NCBI GenBank assembly: GCA_016932815.1 | Contig: JAFGCC010000015.1 | Coordinates: 1,402-65,401 of the forward strand | Direction of reading: 5' to 3' | DNA from: Candidatus Micrarchaeota archaeon | GTDB lineage: Archaea; Micrarchaeota; Micrarchaeia; Anstonellales; Bilamarchaeaceae | DNA: 64,000 bases | In this document: positions 33,621 to 41,047 of the stretch, one piece after another | Layout: every line of letters begins with the position of its first letter | Numbering within the stretch: the stretch's first letter is position 1 | The notes under the pieces: model-generated | What the model saw: the letters and a program-made list of their open reading frames with translations, nothing else | The model's database searches: none | What the model was told of the DNA's origin: nothing | Position numbers and translations under genes: made by a program

Positions 33621-34100
33621 ATGGGCATCTTGAAGAAACTAAAGGGCTGGCTCTTTGGGAAGCATGAAGGGGAAACGGAAAAATCCGCTCCGAAATCCCA
33701 GATGCACGAACCCCGCCGGACCGTTGTTTACGAAGAGGAAGAAGCTTCCCCGCCGGAGATAGACGAATACGCGGATGTTGAACTCACAAAGCCTGCGCCG
33801 AAAGCGCCGGCACTAAAGCCGGAAGCGAAAGCGTCCCCGGACAAGATAGATGAATACGTGGACATAGAAATAACAAAGCCCGCAAAATCCGCGGGAACTC
33901 CTGGTAAAATACCCATTGAGGGTACGATGGTGAAAAAAAAGATGGCAACTAAAAAGAAAACAACGACCAAGAAAAAGGTCGCAAAGAAGAAGACCGTGAA
34001 GAAAGCGGCCAAGAAGCCGGCGAAGAAAGCTGCGAAGAAGCCCGCAAAGAAGGCAGCAGCGAAGAAGAAGCCGGCAAAGAAAGCGGCCAAGAAGAAATAA
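33621..34100 (+). CDS. Small protein with a histone-H1-like Lys/Ala/Pro-rich C-terminal tail
   Basis: 159 aa. The N-terminal half holds two copies of an (E/K)IDEY(A/V)D(V/I)E(L/I)TKPA motif. The C-terminal roughly 55 aa are KKKMATKKKTTTKKKVAKKKTVKKAAKKPAKKAAKKPAKKAAAKKKPAKKAAKKK. An AT-rich promoter region with TTTTTATAG lies upstream. Confidence 0.7.
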   Translation: MGILKKLKGWLFGKHEGETEKSAPKSQMHEPRRTVVYEEEEASPPEIDEYADVELTKPAPKAPALKPEAKASPDKIDEYVDIEITKPAKSAGTPGKIPIEGTMVKKKMATKKKTTTKKKVAKKKTVKKAAKKPAKKAAKKPAKKAAAKKKPAKKAAKKK

Positions 34101-34286
34101 TCCGTTTTAACTGCAAGTTACAAACGGCGGCCGTTCTACTTTTAATTTTTCTTTTTACCTTCAAACTCCTTCTCCCGCGTGGATTAATCTGGCATTGCAG
34201 TGCAACTGGTTGCGGAACACTCTGAATTGAAAAACCGGAATAAAAAACGGAAAATAAAAAATGCAAAAACTGAAAAAAGCCCCTCT

Positions 34287-34844
34287 TTATGGGAGGAGCA
34301 CCGCAATTGCAACAACGGTCGTCCAGGTGCCGTCCGAGTCCACTTCCGCGGTTGCGGTTATGTTCGTGCTCTTCACGATTTTCCCGCTCATCTTGAAGTG
34401 CTCTTCCTTCTCGTTCCATGCCTTGTTGGAGTCGAATTCGATTCCCAGGGTGGATGCTAGCATGCTTGCTGCGAGGTCTTCTGCATACTCCCCGGCGCGC
34501 TTCTCATTCTGCCCGTAAGAGTGGTGCTCGCTCAAATACCCATGCCAGGTGTGGTCCTTGGGTATTGCAAGCCCCACGGATGCCGCAATCCGCCTGCTCG
34601 GTTCGCAGGAACTAAGGCGGGACATCACGCAGAACACGATTTGCCCAGGCCGCAGCTCCTTTACGCCCTCTTCGCGCTCTATGAGTTTTGCCCCGGGAGG
34701 GAATATGCTTGAAACTTCCACGAGGTTGCAGTATGCAACCCCCGCATCCCGCAGGGCTTCCTCAAACGAGCCGAGCTTGGTGTTGGAGGTCCCAATTCCC
34801 CTAGTGAGGAATACCTTTTTCGGAGTCATGTTCTCAAATTGCAT
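34287..34844 (-). CDS. pdaD: Pyruvoyl-dependent arginine decarboxylase
   Basis: The sequence PKKVFLTRGIGTSNTKLGSFEEALRDAGVAYCNLVEVSSIFPPGAKLI contains the PdaD self-cleavage SS site and the family motif (sFd.AL..AGi..NLv.vSSI.P). Confidence 0.9.
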   Translation of the reverse strand: MQFENMTPKKVFLTRGIGTSNTKLGSFEEALRDAGVAYCNLVEVSSIFPPGAKLIEREEGVKELRPGQIVFCVMSRLSSCEPSRRIAASVGLAIPKDHTWHGYLSEHHSYGQNEKRAGEYAEDLAASMLASTLGIEFDSNKAWNEKEEHFKMSGKIVKSTNITATAEVDSDGTWTTVVAIAVLLP

Positions 34845-34896
34845 AGGTCTCTTTTTTGGGGAACTTATTTAAAAAACCATCATCTAAACATCTCCA

Positions 34897-36048
34897 ATGG
34901 CACTAACTATTGGCGTTGTGGGAAAGCCCAACGCAGGAAAGAGCACGTTCTTTTCCGCCCTTACCATGGCGGAGGCTAAGATAGCCGCCTTCCCCTTTAC
35001 CACACTGGAGCCTAATATCGGAGTAGGCTACGTGCGCAAGAAATGCCCCCACACCGAAATAGGGAAGCAATGCAACCCACGGGATTCTTTCTGCAGGGAA
35101 GGGACTAGGTTCGTGCCCATTAGGATGATAGACGTTGCGGGACTGGTGCCGGATGCGCACAAGGGGAAGGGCCTGGGCCTGCAGTTCCTAGATGACTTGA
35201 GCAGCGCAGACGCGCTTATACACGTAATAGATGCAAGCGGGAAAACCGACCTTGAAGGCAAGGCGGTTGCCGCGCACGACCCCGCAGAGGAGATACGGTT
35301 CCTGCGCGGGGAGCTGCTCCACTGGATTTATGGGATAATAGAAAAGAACTGGAAAAAGGTCCGGGCAAGGGACATAAGCGTGCTCTCCGGGATGCTAAGC
35401 GGGCTGAAAATCCCCCCGCAAAAAACCGAAGAGGCAGCGCGCAAGCTCTCGCTGGAAACCAAGCGGATAGACTGGTCTAAAGAGGAGAAGCTTGCCTTTG
35501 CCGGGGAAATCCTAGACAGCAAGCCGGTAATAGTGGCCGCAAACAAATGTGATGAGCCATGCGGAATCGGGAAGCTCAAAGAGGAATTCCCGCAGGTAAC
35601 AATCGTCCCCTGCTCGGCCTTGTATGAACTAACCCTCAAGAGGGCGGATGCGGCAGGGGCGATTGATTACCTCCCAGGCTCCCCGTCATTTGAAATAAGG
35701 CAGGCTTCGGAGAAGCAGCTTGCGGCGCTCCATGCGATTTCCTCTTATCTGGGGGAGAACGGGAGCACCGGGGTGCAGCAGGTTGCAGAGGAGCTAGTGT
35801 GCGGCATGATGTCCAACATAGTCGCCTTCCCGGTGGAAGATGAAGCGAAATGGTCGGATGCGAAGGGAAACGTGCTCCCCAACGCTTATCTTTTGCCCAA
35901 AGGAAGCACCCCCCTTGACCTTGCCGGGAGGGTGCACACGGACCTTGCGAAGAATTTCATTTCCGCACTCGACGCTCGCAAGAGGGTGCGCCTTGGGCGG
36001 GAATACGAATTAAAAGATTGTGATGTTATAAAGATATTCTCAAAGTAG
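34897..36048 (+). CDS. Obg-superfamily GTPase (YchF/Ygr210-like) with a C-terminal TGS domain
   Basis: G1 is GVVGKPNAGKST. G2 is FPFTTLEPNIG. G3 is DVAGLV. G4 is AANKCD. The C-terminal TGS-like segment is AYLLPKGSTPLDLAGRVHTDLAKNFISALDARKRVRLGREYELKDCDVIKI. Confidence 0.85.
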   Translation: MALTIGVVGKPNAGKSTFFSALTMAEAKIAAFPFTTLEPNIGVGYVRKKCPHTEIGKQCNPRDSFCREGTRFVPIRMIDVAGLVPDAHKGKGLGLQFLDDLSSADALIHVIDASGKTDLEGKAVAAHDPAEEIRFLRGELLHWIYGIIEKNWKKVRARDISVLSGMLSGLKIPPQKTEEAARKLSLETKRIDWSKEEKLAFAGEILDSKPVIVAANKCDEPCGIGKLKEEFPQVTIVPCSALYELTLKRADAAGAIDYLPGSPSFEIRQASEKQLAALHAISSYLGENGSTGVQQVAEELVCGMMSNIVAFPVEDEAKWSDAKGNVLPNAYLLPKGSTPLDLAGRVHTDLAKNFISALDARKRVRLGREYELKDCDVIKIFSK

Positions 36049-36058
36049 GTGAAGTTAT

Positions 36059-37531
36059 ATGGATAAAAATAAGCTTTACCCAATCATCTCCTTGGCGCTC
36101 GTAATACTCATTGCGGGCGCTATTTACGTGATTGCGGATATGTTCGGGGGCACGGAAATACACGGCGCAGAAGAGCACGGGGAGGGGCACGGTGCGGAGG
36201 AAGGGCATGGCGCAGAAGCCGCAGAAGAGCTTTTCTTCAAGGCGGTGGAAGCGCCCCTGCAATATTCGGAATACACTTATGCTTACGAGGAAGAATCCTC
36301 CACCGGATACGATTCCGCGGTCTTCCTCTCGGAATCGGAGAACTATTCTTATGTGCGCAAGGAGGACGCGATATTCACCAGAGAGCTTTTCCTGCTTGAA
36401 AACCGGACGATACTCTGTTTGGAGAACGTGAACCGCCGCGTATGCTCGGAAGTTCCCCAGAACTCCTCGTTCAACACTTACGCTTACACGCTTGAGGGCC
36501 TCCTATTTGACCGCAAGGCCATACTTGACACCGTTGAGGCAAACGAGCTTTTCATAGAATACGGGGCGGTCGTTTTCGGCGATGAAATATCCGAAGCGTC
36601 TTACCTTGGCCGCGAGTGCAGCGAAATCACATACGTTCTGGATTATGGGAAGCTCACAGTTGAGCAGATGTGGGACGTCGGGCTCTCCCCGGACTCAATT
36701 GAGGTCCTAATCACAAAGGAATTCAACTTCGGCCTCTGCATAGACCCGGAGAACGGGGACGTCCTGCACAAGCTCCTAACCTACTCGGTTTTCGGGGAGC
36801 CGCACTACACAGAATCCTTCTCCACGCAGCTCCTTTGGGGAGAAGCATCCCCGATTGAGGTGCCGCAAAACCTTGATGATGAGGAGGACATGTCGGAATT
36901 CTATTCCGCCCTGAAGATGAGCCAGAACAACTACGTTGCCTGCCTCTCGGAAGCTGAGCCGGACATGTGCATAAGGAGCGAGGCGATACTAAGCCGCAAC
37001 GAGAAGCTCTGCGAACTAATAGCCAACTCCACTTCCAAAGACATCTGCTATGTGAATGTGGCGCTTGAGAAAGGGGAATCCCAGTTGTGCATGAGCGCGG
37101 GAGAAGGGAGCAGGGGCGAATGCTTCATGGAGTTTGCCTGGAAGTACAACGATGCTTCATACTGCGATGAGCTCTCAGGGGAAAAGGCGCAGGAGTGCAT
37201 GGAACTAATTTCCGAATCCGGGGAAGATGCCACGCAGCAAGAGCCCCAGGAAGAGCCATCATCGGGTGAAGGAGCCGGAGATGAAGGCTCCGAAGCATCG
37301 GAGCCTGCGGGAACCGAATGCACGGTGGACGCAGATTGCGTAATGGCAGGATGCTCATCGCAGCTGTGCGTGCCGCACTCCCTTGGGGACGTTGCGACTA
37401 CCTGCGAATGGCACTCCGAATACGGGTGCCTGCAATATAGTTCCTGCGGGTGCAGCAACGGGGCATGCGGATGGGCACAAACCGCTGGATACCTAGAATG
37501 CATGGAAAACCCTGAAGGGCATGTGCAGTAG
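36059..37531 (+). CDS. Hypothetical N-terminally anchored extracytoplasmic protein with a Cys-rich C-terminal domain
   Basis: 490 aa. The N-terminal TM is LYPIISLALVILIAGAIYVIADMF. It is followed by a His/Glu/Gly-rich stretch, HGAEEHGEGHGAEEGHGAEAAEE. The C-terminus is ECTVDADCVMAGCSSQLCVPH...CEWHSEYGCLQYSSCGCSNGACGW, with about 10 Cys. Confidence 0.65.
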   Translation: MDKNKLYPIISLALVILIAGAIYVIADMFGGTEIHGAEEHGEGHGAEEGHGAEAAEELFFKAVEAPLQYSEYTYAYEEESSTGYDSAVFLSESENYSYVRKEDAIFTRELFLLENRTILCLENVNRRVCSEVPQNSSFNTYAYTLEGLLFDRKAILDTVEANELFIEYGAVVFGDEISEASYLGRECSEITYVLDYGKLTVEQMWDVGLSPDSIEVLITKEFNFGLCIDPENGDVLHKLLTYSVFGEPHYTESFSTQLLWGEASPIEVPQNLDDEEDMSEFYSALKMSQNNYVACLSEAEPDMCIRSEAILSRNEKLCELIANSTSKDICYVNVALEKGESQLCMSAGEGSRGECFMEFAWKYNDASYCDELSGEKAQECMELISESGEDATQQEPQEEPSSGEGAGDEGSEASEPAGTECTVDADCVMAGCSSQLCVPHSLGDVATTCEWHSEYGCLQYSSCGCSNGACGWAQTAGYLECMENPEGHVQ

Positions 37532-37585
37532 CCCTTACCCAATAATACTTAAAGGCTATGGAATGAAGATACATGAGGTGGTTTT

Positions 37586-37972
37586 TTGATAGTTGGAAAC
37601 AGGATAACCAAGGTAGAAGCCTCCAGGGACAAACCGGACCCGAGGAAGGGGCTCAACTTCAAGATAAACGTGAAGGACGCGAAGATAACCGCTAAGAAAG
37701 TGGAGATTGCCTACGAGTACGTGGCAGAATACACCGAAGGCGTGGGAATAATCAGGATGGACGGCGTGATTACCGCGGAAGAGGAGAAAGCGCTCTTGGA
37801 CAAGATAAAGAAGGAGTGGACCGACAACAAGAGGCTGCCACAGGAGTATGCGGAAGTGATAATCAACGCAATCAACTACTTTGGCAGCGTAAACGGCGTT
37901 CTGGCTTCTAGGATTGTGAACCTTTCGCCTCCGCTGGTCCCGCCCAGGTTCAGCCTTTCTAAGAAAGAGTAG
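37586..37972 (+). CDS. Hypothetical protein (TTG start)
   Basis: 128-aa ORF. GAGGTG lies 5 nt upstream of TTG 37586. No recognised motif. Its end overlaps the convergent priS stop region by 14 nt. Confidence 0.45.
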   Translation: MIVGNRITKVEASRDKPDPRKGLNFKINVKDAKITAKKVEIAYEYVAEYTEGVGIIRMDGVITAEEEKALLDKIKKEWTDNKRLPQEYAEVIINAINYFGSVNGVLASRIVNLSPPLVPPRFSLSKKE

Positions 37973-39041
37973 CCGCCCCTTTGAGCAGCAGGTAAATTCC
38001 GTAGCTCATCGGGACTTCTTTTTCTTCCCCTTTTTCCATTTTCCCCATAGTGGAGTTGCAGAACTCCTGCTCCCCGATGTTTTCTAGCACCCTTATTTTC
38101 AGCGGTTCGCTCCCGAATGCGATAGCGTCATGGTAAGGGTGGAAGCCCTCTATCTTGTCTAGTTTCTTTGCAATTAAGCCCGTTGAGCCGTGCAGGGTTC
38201 CCGGGACGCGGATTAGCCTCTTGGTGTCTATTGTCACCCCGGAATCCACGTTTATCGTCCCGATTTTCATGCGCTCTGCAACCGCGCGCAGCCTGGGGAT
38301 TATGTCCTTTATCGGAGTCTTGCTCCAGTTCCCATCTTCCATGCAGGAGTGCAGCTTGGCTTTCTCTTGCGGTTTTTTGAGCCCGCGGTGTATTGAGGAG
38401 GGGTCATCATCGAGCACTTTTTCTAGGAACCTGCAGAACCTCCCGCGGTATCCCCAGTCCGTTTTCCTGGGCCCCCACACCCTCTTGTTCTCATCTGGGG
38501 CCTCAAAGAACTTCTCGTAATTGAGCCCAACTCCACCAACGTAATCGGCAAGCTCCCTGCGCTCATCCCCGCCAAGGTCCCGAAATTGGGGGGACTTAAT
38601 GTGTATGTGGAATCCCCTGCCTCCTGAGAAAACGAGCAGGGTGTCTTTTTTTTCAACCCCGAAGTCTTCTATTAGGAAGTCCTCCAGCAGGGAAACCGCG
38701 TCGTTTTTTACGCCCTCAATTTCCGCTTCGCTAAGGAACATCCCCGCGTGCACATCCAAATCGAAAACCAGGTCTCCACCCATCCACTCCTTGTTTTCCA
38801 TGGGGGTGGCTTCAGGGAACTTGTAGTATGCAATTGAGTGCGAGATGTAGAGGGGGGTATCCTGCACCAGGTAATTGTGAAGCATCCCGTTGGTTCCAAA
38901 GCCCATGTGCCGCCCCTCTATTTTCTTGCGGAAGCCCCCAACCCCGAATTCCCTCTGCTCAATTGAGGGCACGGTAATTTCCGCGCTTTTGTAATAGCCA
39001 GAAAAGCTATCCAGGACTAACTTCGCTTCCTTTTCTTCCAT
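37959..39041 (-). CDS. priS: DNA primase small (catalytic) subunit PriS
   Basis: Motifs are GGDLVFDLDVH (catalytic DxD), LLVFSGGRGFHIHI and RVPGTLHGSTG. Confidence 0.9.
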   Translation of the reverse strand: MEEKEAKLVLDSFSGYYKSAEITVPSIEQREFGVGGFRKKIEGRHMGFGTNGMLHNYLVQDTPLYISHSIAYYKFPEATPMENKEWMGGDLVFDLDVHAGMFLSEAEIEGVKNDAVSLLEDFLIEDFGVEKKDTLLVFSGGRGFHIHIKSPQFRDLGGDERRELADYVGGVGLNYEKFFEAPDENKRVWGPRKTDWGYRGRFCRFLEKVLDDDPSSIHRGLKKPQEKAKLHSCMEDGNWSKTPIKDIIPRLRAVAERMKIGTINVDSGVTIDTKRLIRVPGTLHGSTGLIAKKLDKIEGFHPYHDAIAFGSEPLKIRVLENIGEQEFCNSTMGKMEKGEEKEVPMSYGIYLLLKGAATLS

Positions 39042-39991
39042 TCATCCCACCCCAGGGGGCTTTTTACCTTGCAGTTTGCAACGCACAGCCCGTAGCTTAG
39101 CATCATGCTGCATGCGGGCATTGTGTAGTTGCGGTTTATAGCGTGCTTTATCTGGTAGCTTGCTATTCTCTCATCATAATCCGGGAAGTTGGAGAAAATC
39201 CCCAGTATCTTCTCGTATGGGACTCCCTTGTTTATCAGGTAGACTGCCAGCGACCACCTGCCCTGGTGGCCCAGGTTCTGGTGCAACCTTGCGGCTTCAA
39301 GCAGTTTCTCTATGCAGGGGGGGTTGTCCCCTTTTTCGAAGCTCATCTTGGATGGGGCGACTTTCGGCATCGACTTCATCAGCCTCTCTGAGTGTTTGCG
39401 GATAATCTCGGGGGCGTTTTTTATCGTGCCTAGGTGCCCCACCCTGATTTTTATCGCTTCCTGGAGCAGGCGCAAATCCTCCCTCTTGGATACCCCTGCG
39501 CCCTTTTTGCGGATTTCAACGCGCCCCCCCTTTACGTTCCTGTTTACGAGCCTATAATCCACCGAGCGGGGCGCGAACTTCACGTACGTTGCAAGGGGGA
39601 GGGTGTCTTTCCCTTCGCGTTTCTCTGGAACTACCCCGAACTCCTCCTGCAGCCTCTTTATATCGGGATGCCCTTCTTCTAGGCCCTTTAGGAATGCGTA
39701 CGCCCTTTTTGCCTCTCCCACGGCGAAGCTGTTTGTGAGGTAGCGGTTCCTAAGGTGGGAGAGCATCATCCTCGCAGCGCCGTAGGAGCCGATTTCTGTT
39801 AGCTTGTCTGAGAGGTGCGCATAGGTCGGGTCGTAAATCCCCCTGCCCTCTTTGTCCCTCCAGTTCATGGCGTTTAGGACTCTTTGCACCGCACGCTCGG
39901 CAATCTCATCGTTTACCTGGATGTTGTTTTCTATGATTGCCTGTTTTCCCTCTTCGGTAAAGGGGTAGCGGCAGGCAAAATCAAGCTCCAT
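39017..39991 (-). CDS. priL: DNA primase large subunit PriL
   Basis: The C-terminal Fe-S domain is PPCIEKLLEAARLHQNLGHQGRWSLAVYLINKGVPYEKILGIF...MPACSMMLSYGLCVANC. It overlaps the priS start by 25 nt, so the two form a priL-priS operon. Confidence 0.88.
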   Translation of the reverse strand: MELDFACRYPFTEEGKQAIIENNIQVNDEIAERAVQRVLNAMNWRDKEGRGIYDPTYAHLSDKLTEIGSYGAARMMLSHLRNRYLTNSFAVGEAKRAYAFLKGLEEGHPDIKRLQEEFGVVPEKREGKDTLPLATYVKFAPRSVDYRLVNRNVKGGRVEIRKKGAGVSKREDLRLLQEAIKIRVGHLGTIKNAPEIIRKHSERLMKSMPKVAPSKMSFEKGDNPPCIEKLLEAARLHQNLGHQGRWSLAVYLINKGVPYEKILGIFSNFPDYDERIASYQIKHAINRNYTMPACSMMLSYGLCVANCKVKSPLGWDEWKKRKRS

Positions 39992-40144
39992 AGGGGCATA
40001 TTTGCGTTCGGCAAAATATAAAGGTTTGCGGAGGGCACAATCCCAATACGTGAAAGGCGGCTTCGCGGATTCTTTGTAACCATGGTTACATATCTCCCCA
40101 TTATGATACTCGTGTATTTATACTTTACCCTCATTTTTTACAAT

Positions 40145-41047
40145 ATGTTGAATAATACGCTTTACTTAGCCGTTGCCTTGTTCCTTCTGATAATCAATGC
40201 AGGCTTCCCATATGAACTCTATGGGGGCGCCCTATATTGCAACACCACCTGCGACGACTGCGAGGACGCGCTCAACAATGGCACCTACACTATGGTTTAC
40301 CTCAATTCCTCCCTCTACTCTCCAGGGGCAACGTGCATAAACAACCCCGCGGGCTTTGAGAACAAGACTTTTGACTGCCAGGGCAACACAATTACCGGAA
40401 ACCGCGCTTCCAACAGGTTCGCGATATACTACCAGTACAAGAACAACGTAACCTTGCAAAACTGCATAGTGCAGAGCTTCTACGATGGATACCGCTTATA
40501 CCGCACAAACTATTCCTTGGCTTTCAACATGACCTCATACAACAACTCCAACGACGGGGCAAGGCTATACATGTTTTCAAACGGGACATTCTCCAACAAT
40601 ACGCACTACAATAACTCCCACGAGGCGCTGGCATTTGATTATTCTTCCGGCAACCTAATATCCAACAGTACGTTCGCCAACAGCACCGAGCAGGGAATAG
40701 AATTTCAGTCCTCAAGCTGGAACACGGTATGTTTCAATACCTTCTATGGCTCAAATGCGATTGATTTCCACTGGCAGGAGGGAAACAGCATAGGAAACAT
40801 CGTCCACAACAACACGGCTTCAGAAGTAAAAAACCTGGTAACCATTTACAAGGGCCTAGAGAATATACTAGTAAATAACACAATGGACTCCGCGAGGGGG
40901 GACTACTGGGCGGCGCCCATCATGATTTACCCATATGCGGACATGGGGGGGGGAACTGATGTGCAACAACATAATCGAGAACAACACCGGGCCCCGCGGC
41001 CTCCCAATCTATTATTCCAACTCCACAGTAAACTGGAGCGGCCTTGA
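40145..41047 (+). CDS. Beta-helix surface protein, N-terminal reading frame (ends shortly after the G9 tract)
   Basis: The N-terminal hydrophobic signal/anchor is MLNNTLYLAVALFLLIINAG. Asn-rich parallel beta-helix (PbH1/NosD-like) repeats follow, such as NNVTLQNCIV, YNNSNDGARLY and NSTEQGIEFQSS. ATG 40145 sits about 27 nt after the TATA-like TATTTATAC; the track start 40082 is also possible. After the G9 tract at 40945-40953 the frame decays into an RPP-rich tail. Confidence 0.7.
   Translation: MLNNTLYLAVALFLLIINAGFPYELYGGALYCNTTCDDCEDALNNGTYTMVYLNSSLYSPGATCINNPAGFENKTFDCQGNTITGNRASNRFAIYYQYKNNVTLQNCIVQSFYDGYRLYRTNYSLAFNMTSYNNSNDGARLYMFSNGTFSNNTHYNNSHEALAFDYSSGNLISNSTFANSTEQGIEFQSSSWNTVCFNTFYGSNAIDFHWQEGNSIGNIVHNNTASEVKNLVTIYKGLENILVNNTMDSARGDYWAAPIMIYPYADMGGGTDVQQHNREQHRAPRPPNLLFQLHSKLERP

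Noticed and set aside
33940-34100. Short periodic aag/gcg/cca nucleotide repeats that might suggest a tandem repeat or CRISPR-like array
   Set aside because: The periodicity is codon-level (the KKAAKKPA tail of the 33621-34100 ORF). There are no unique spacers and no direct repeats of CRISPR length. I saw no CRISPR array anywhere in the window.
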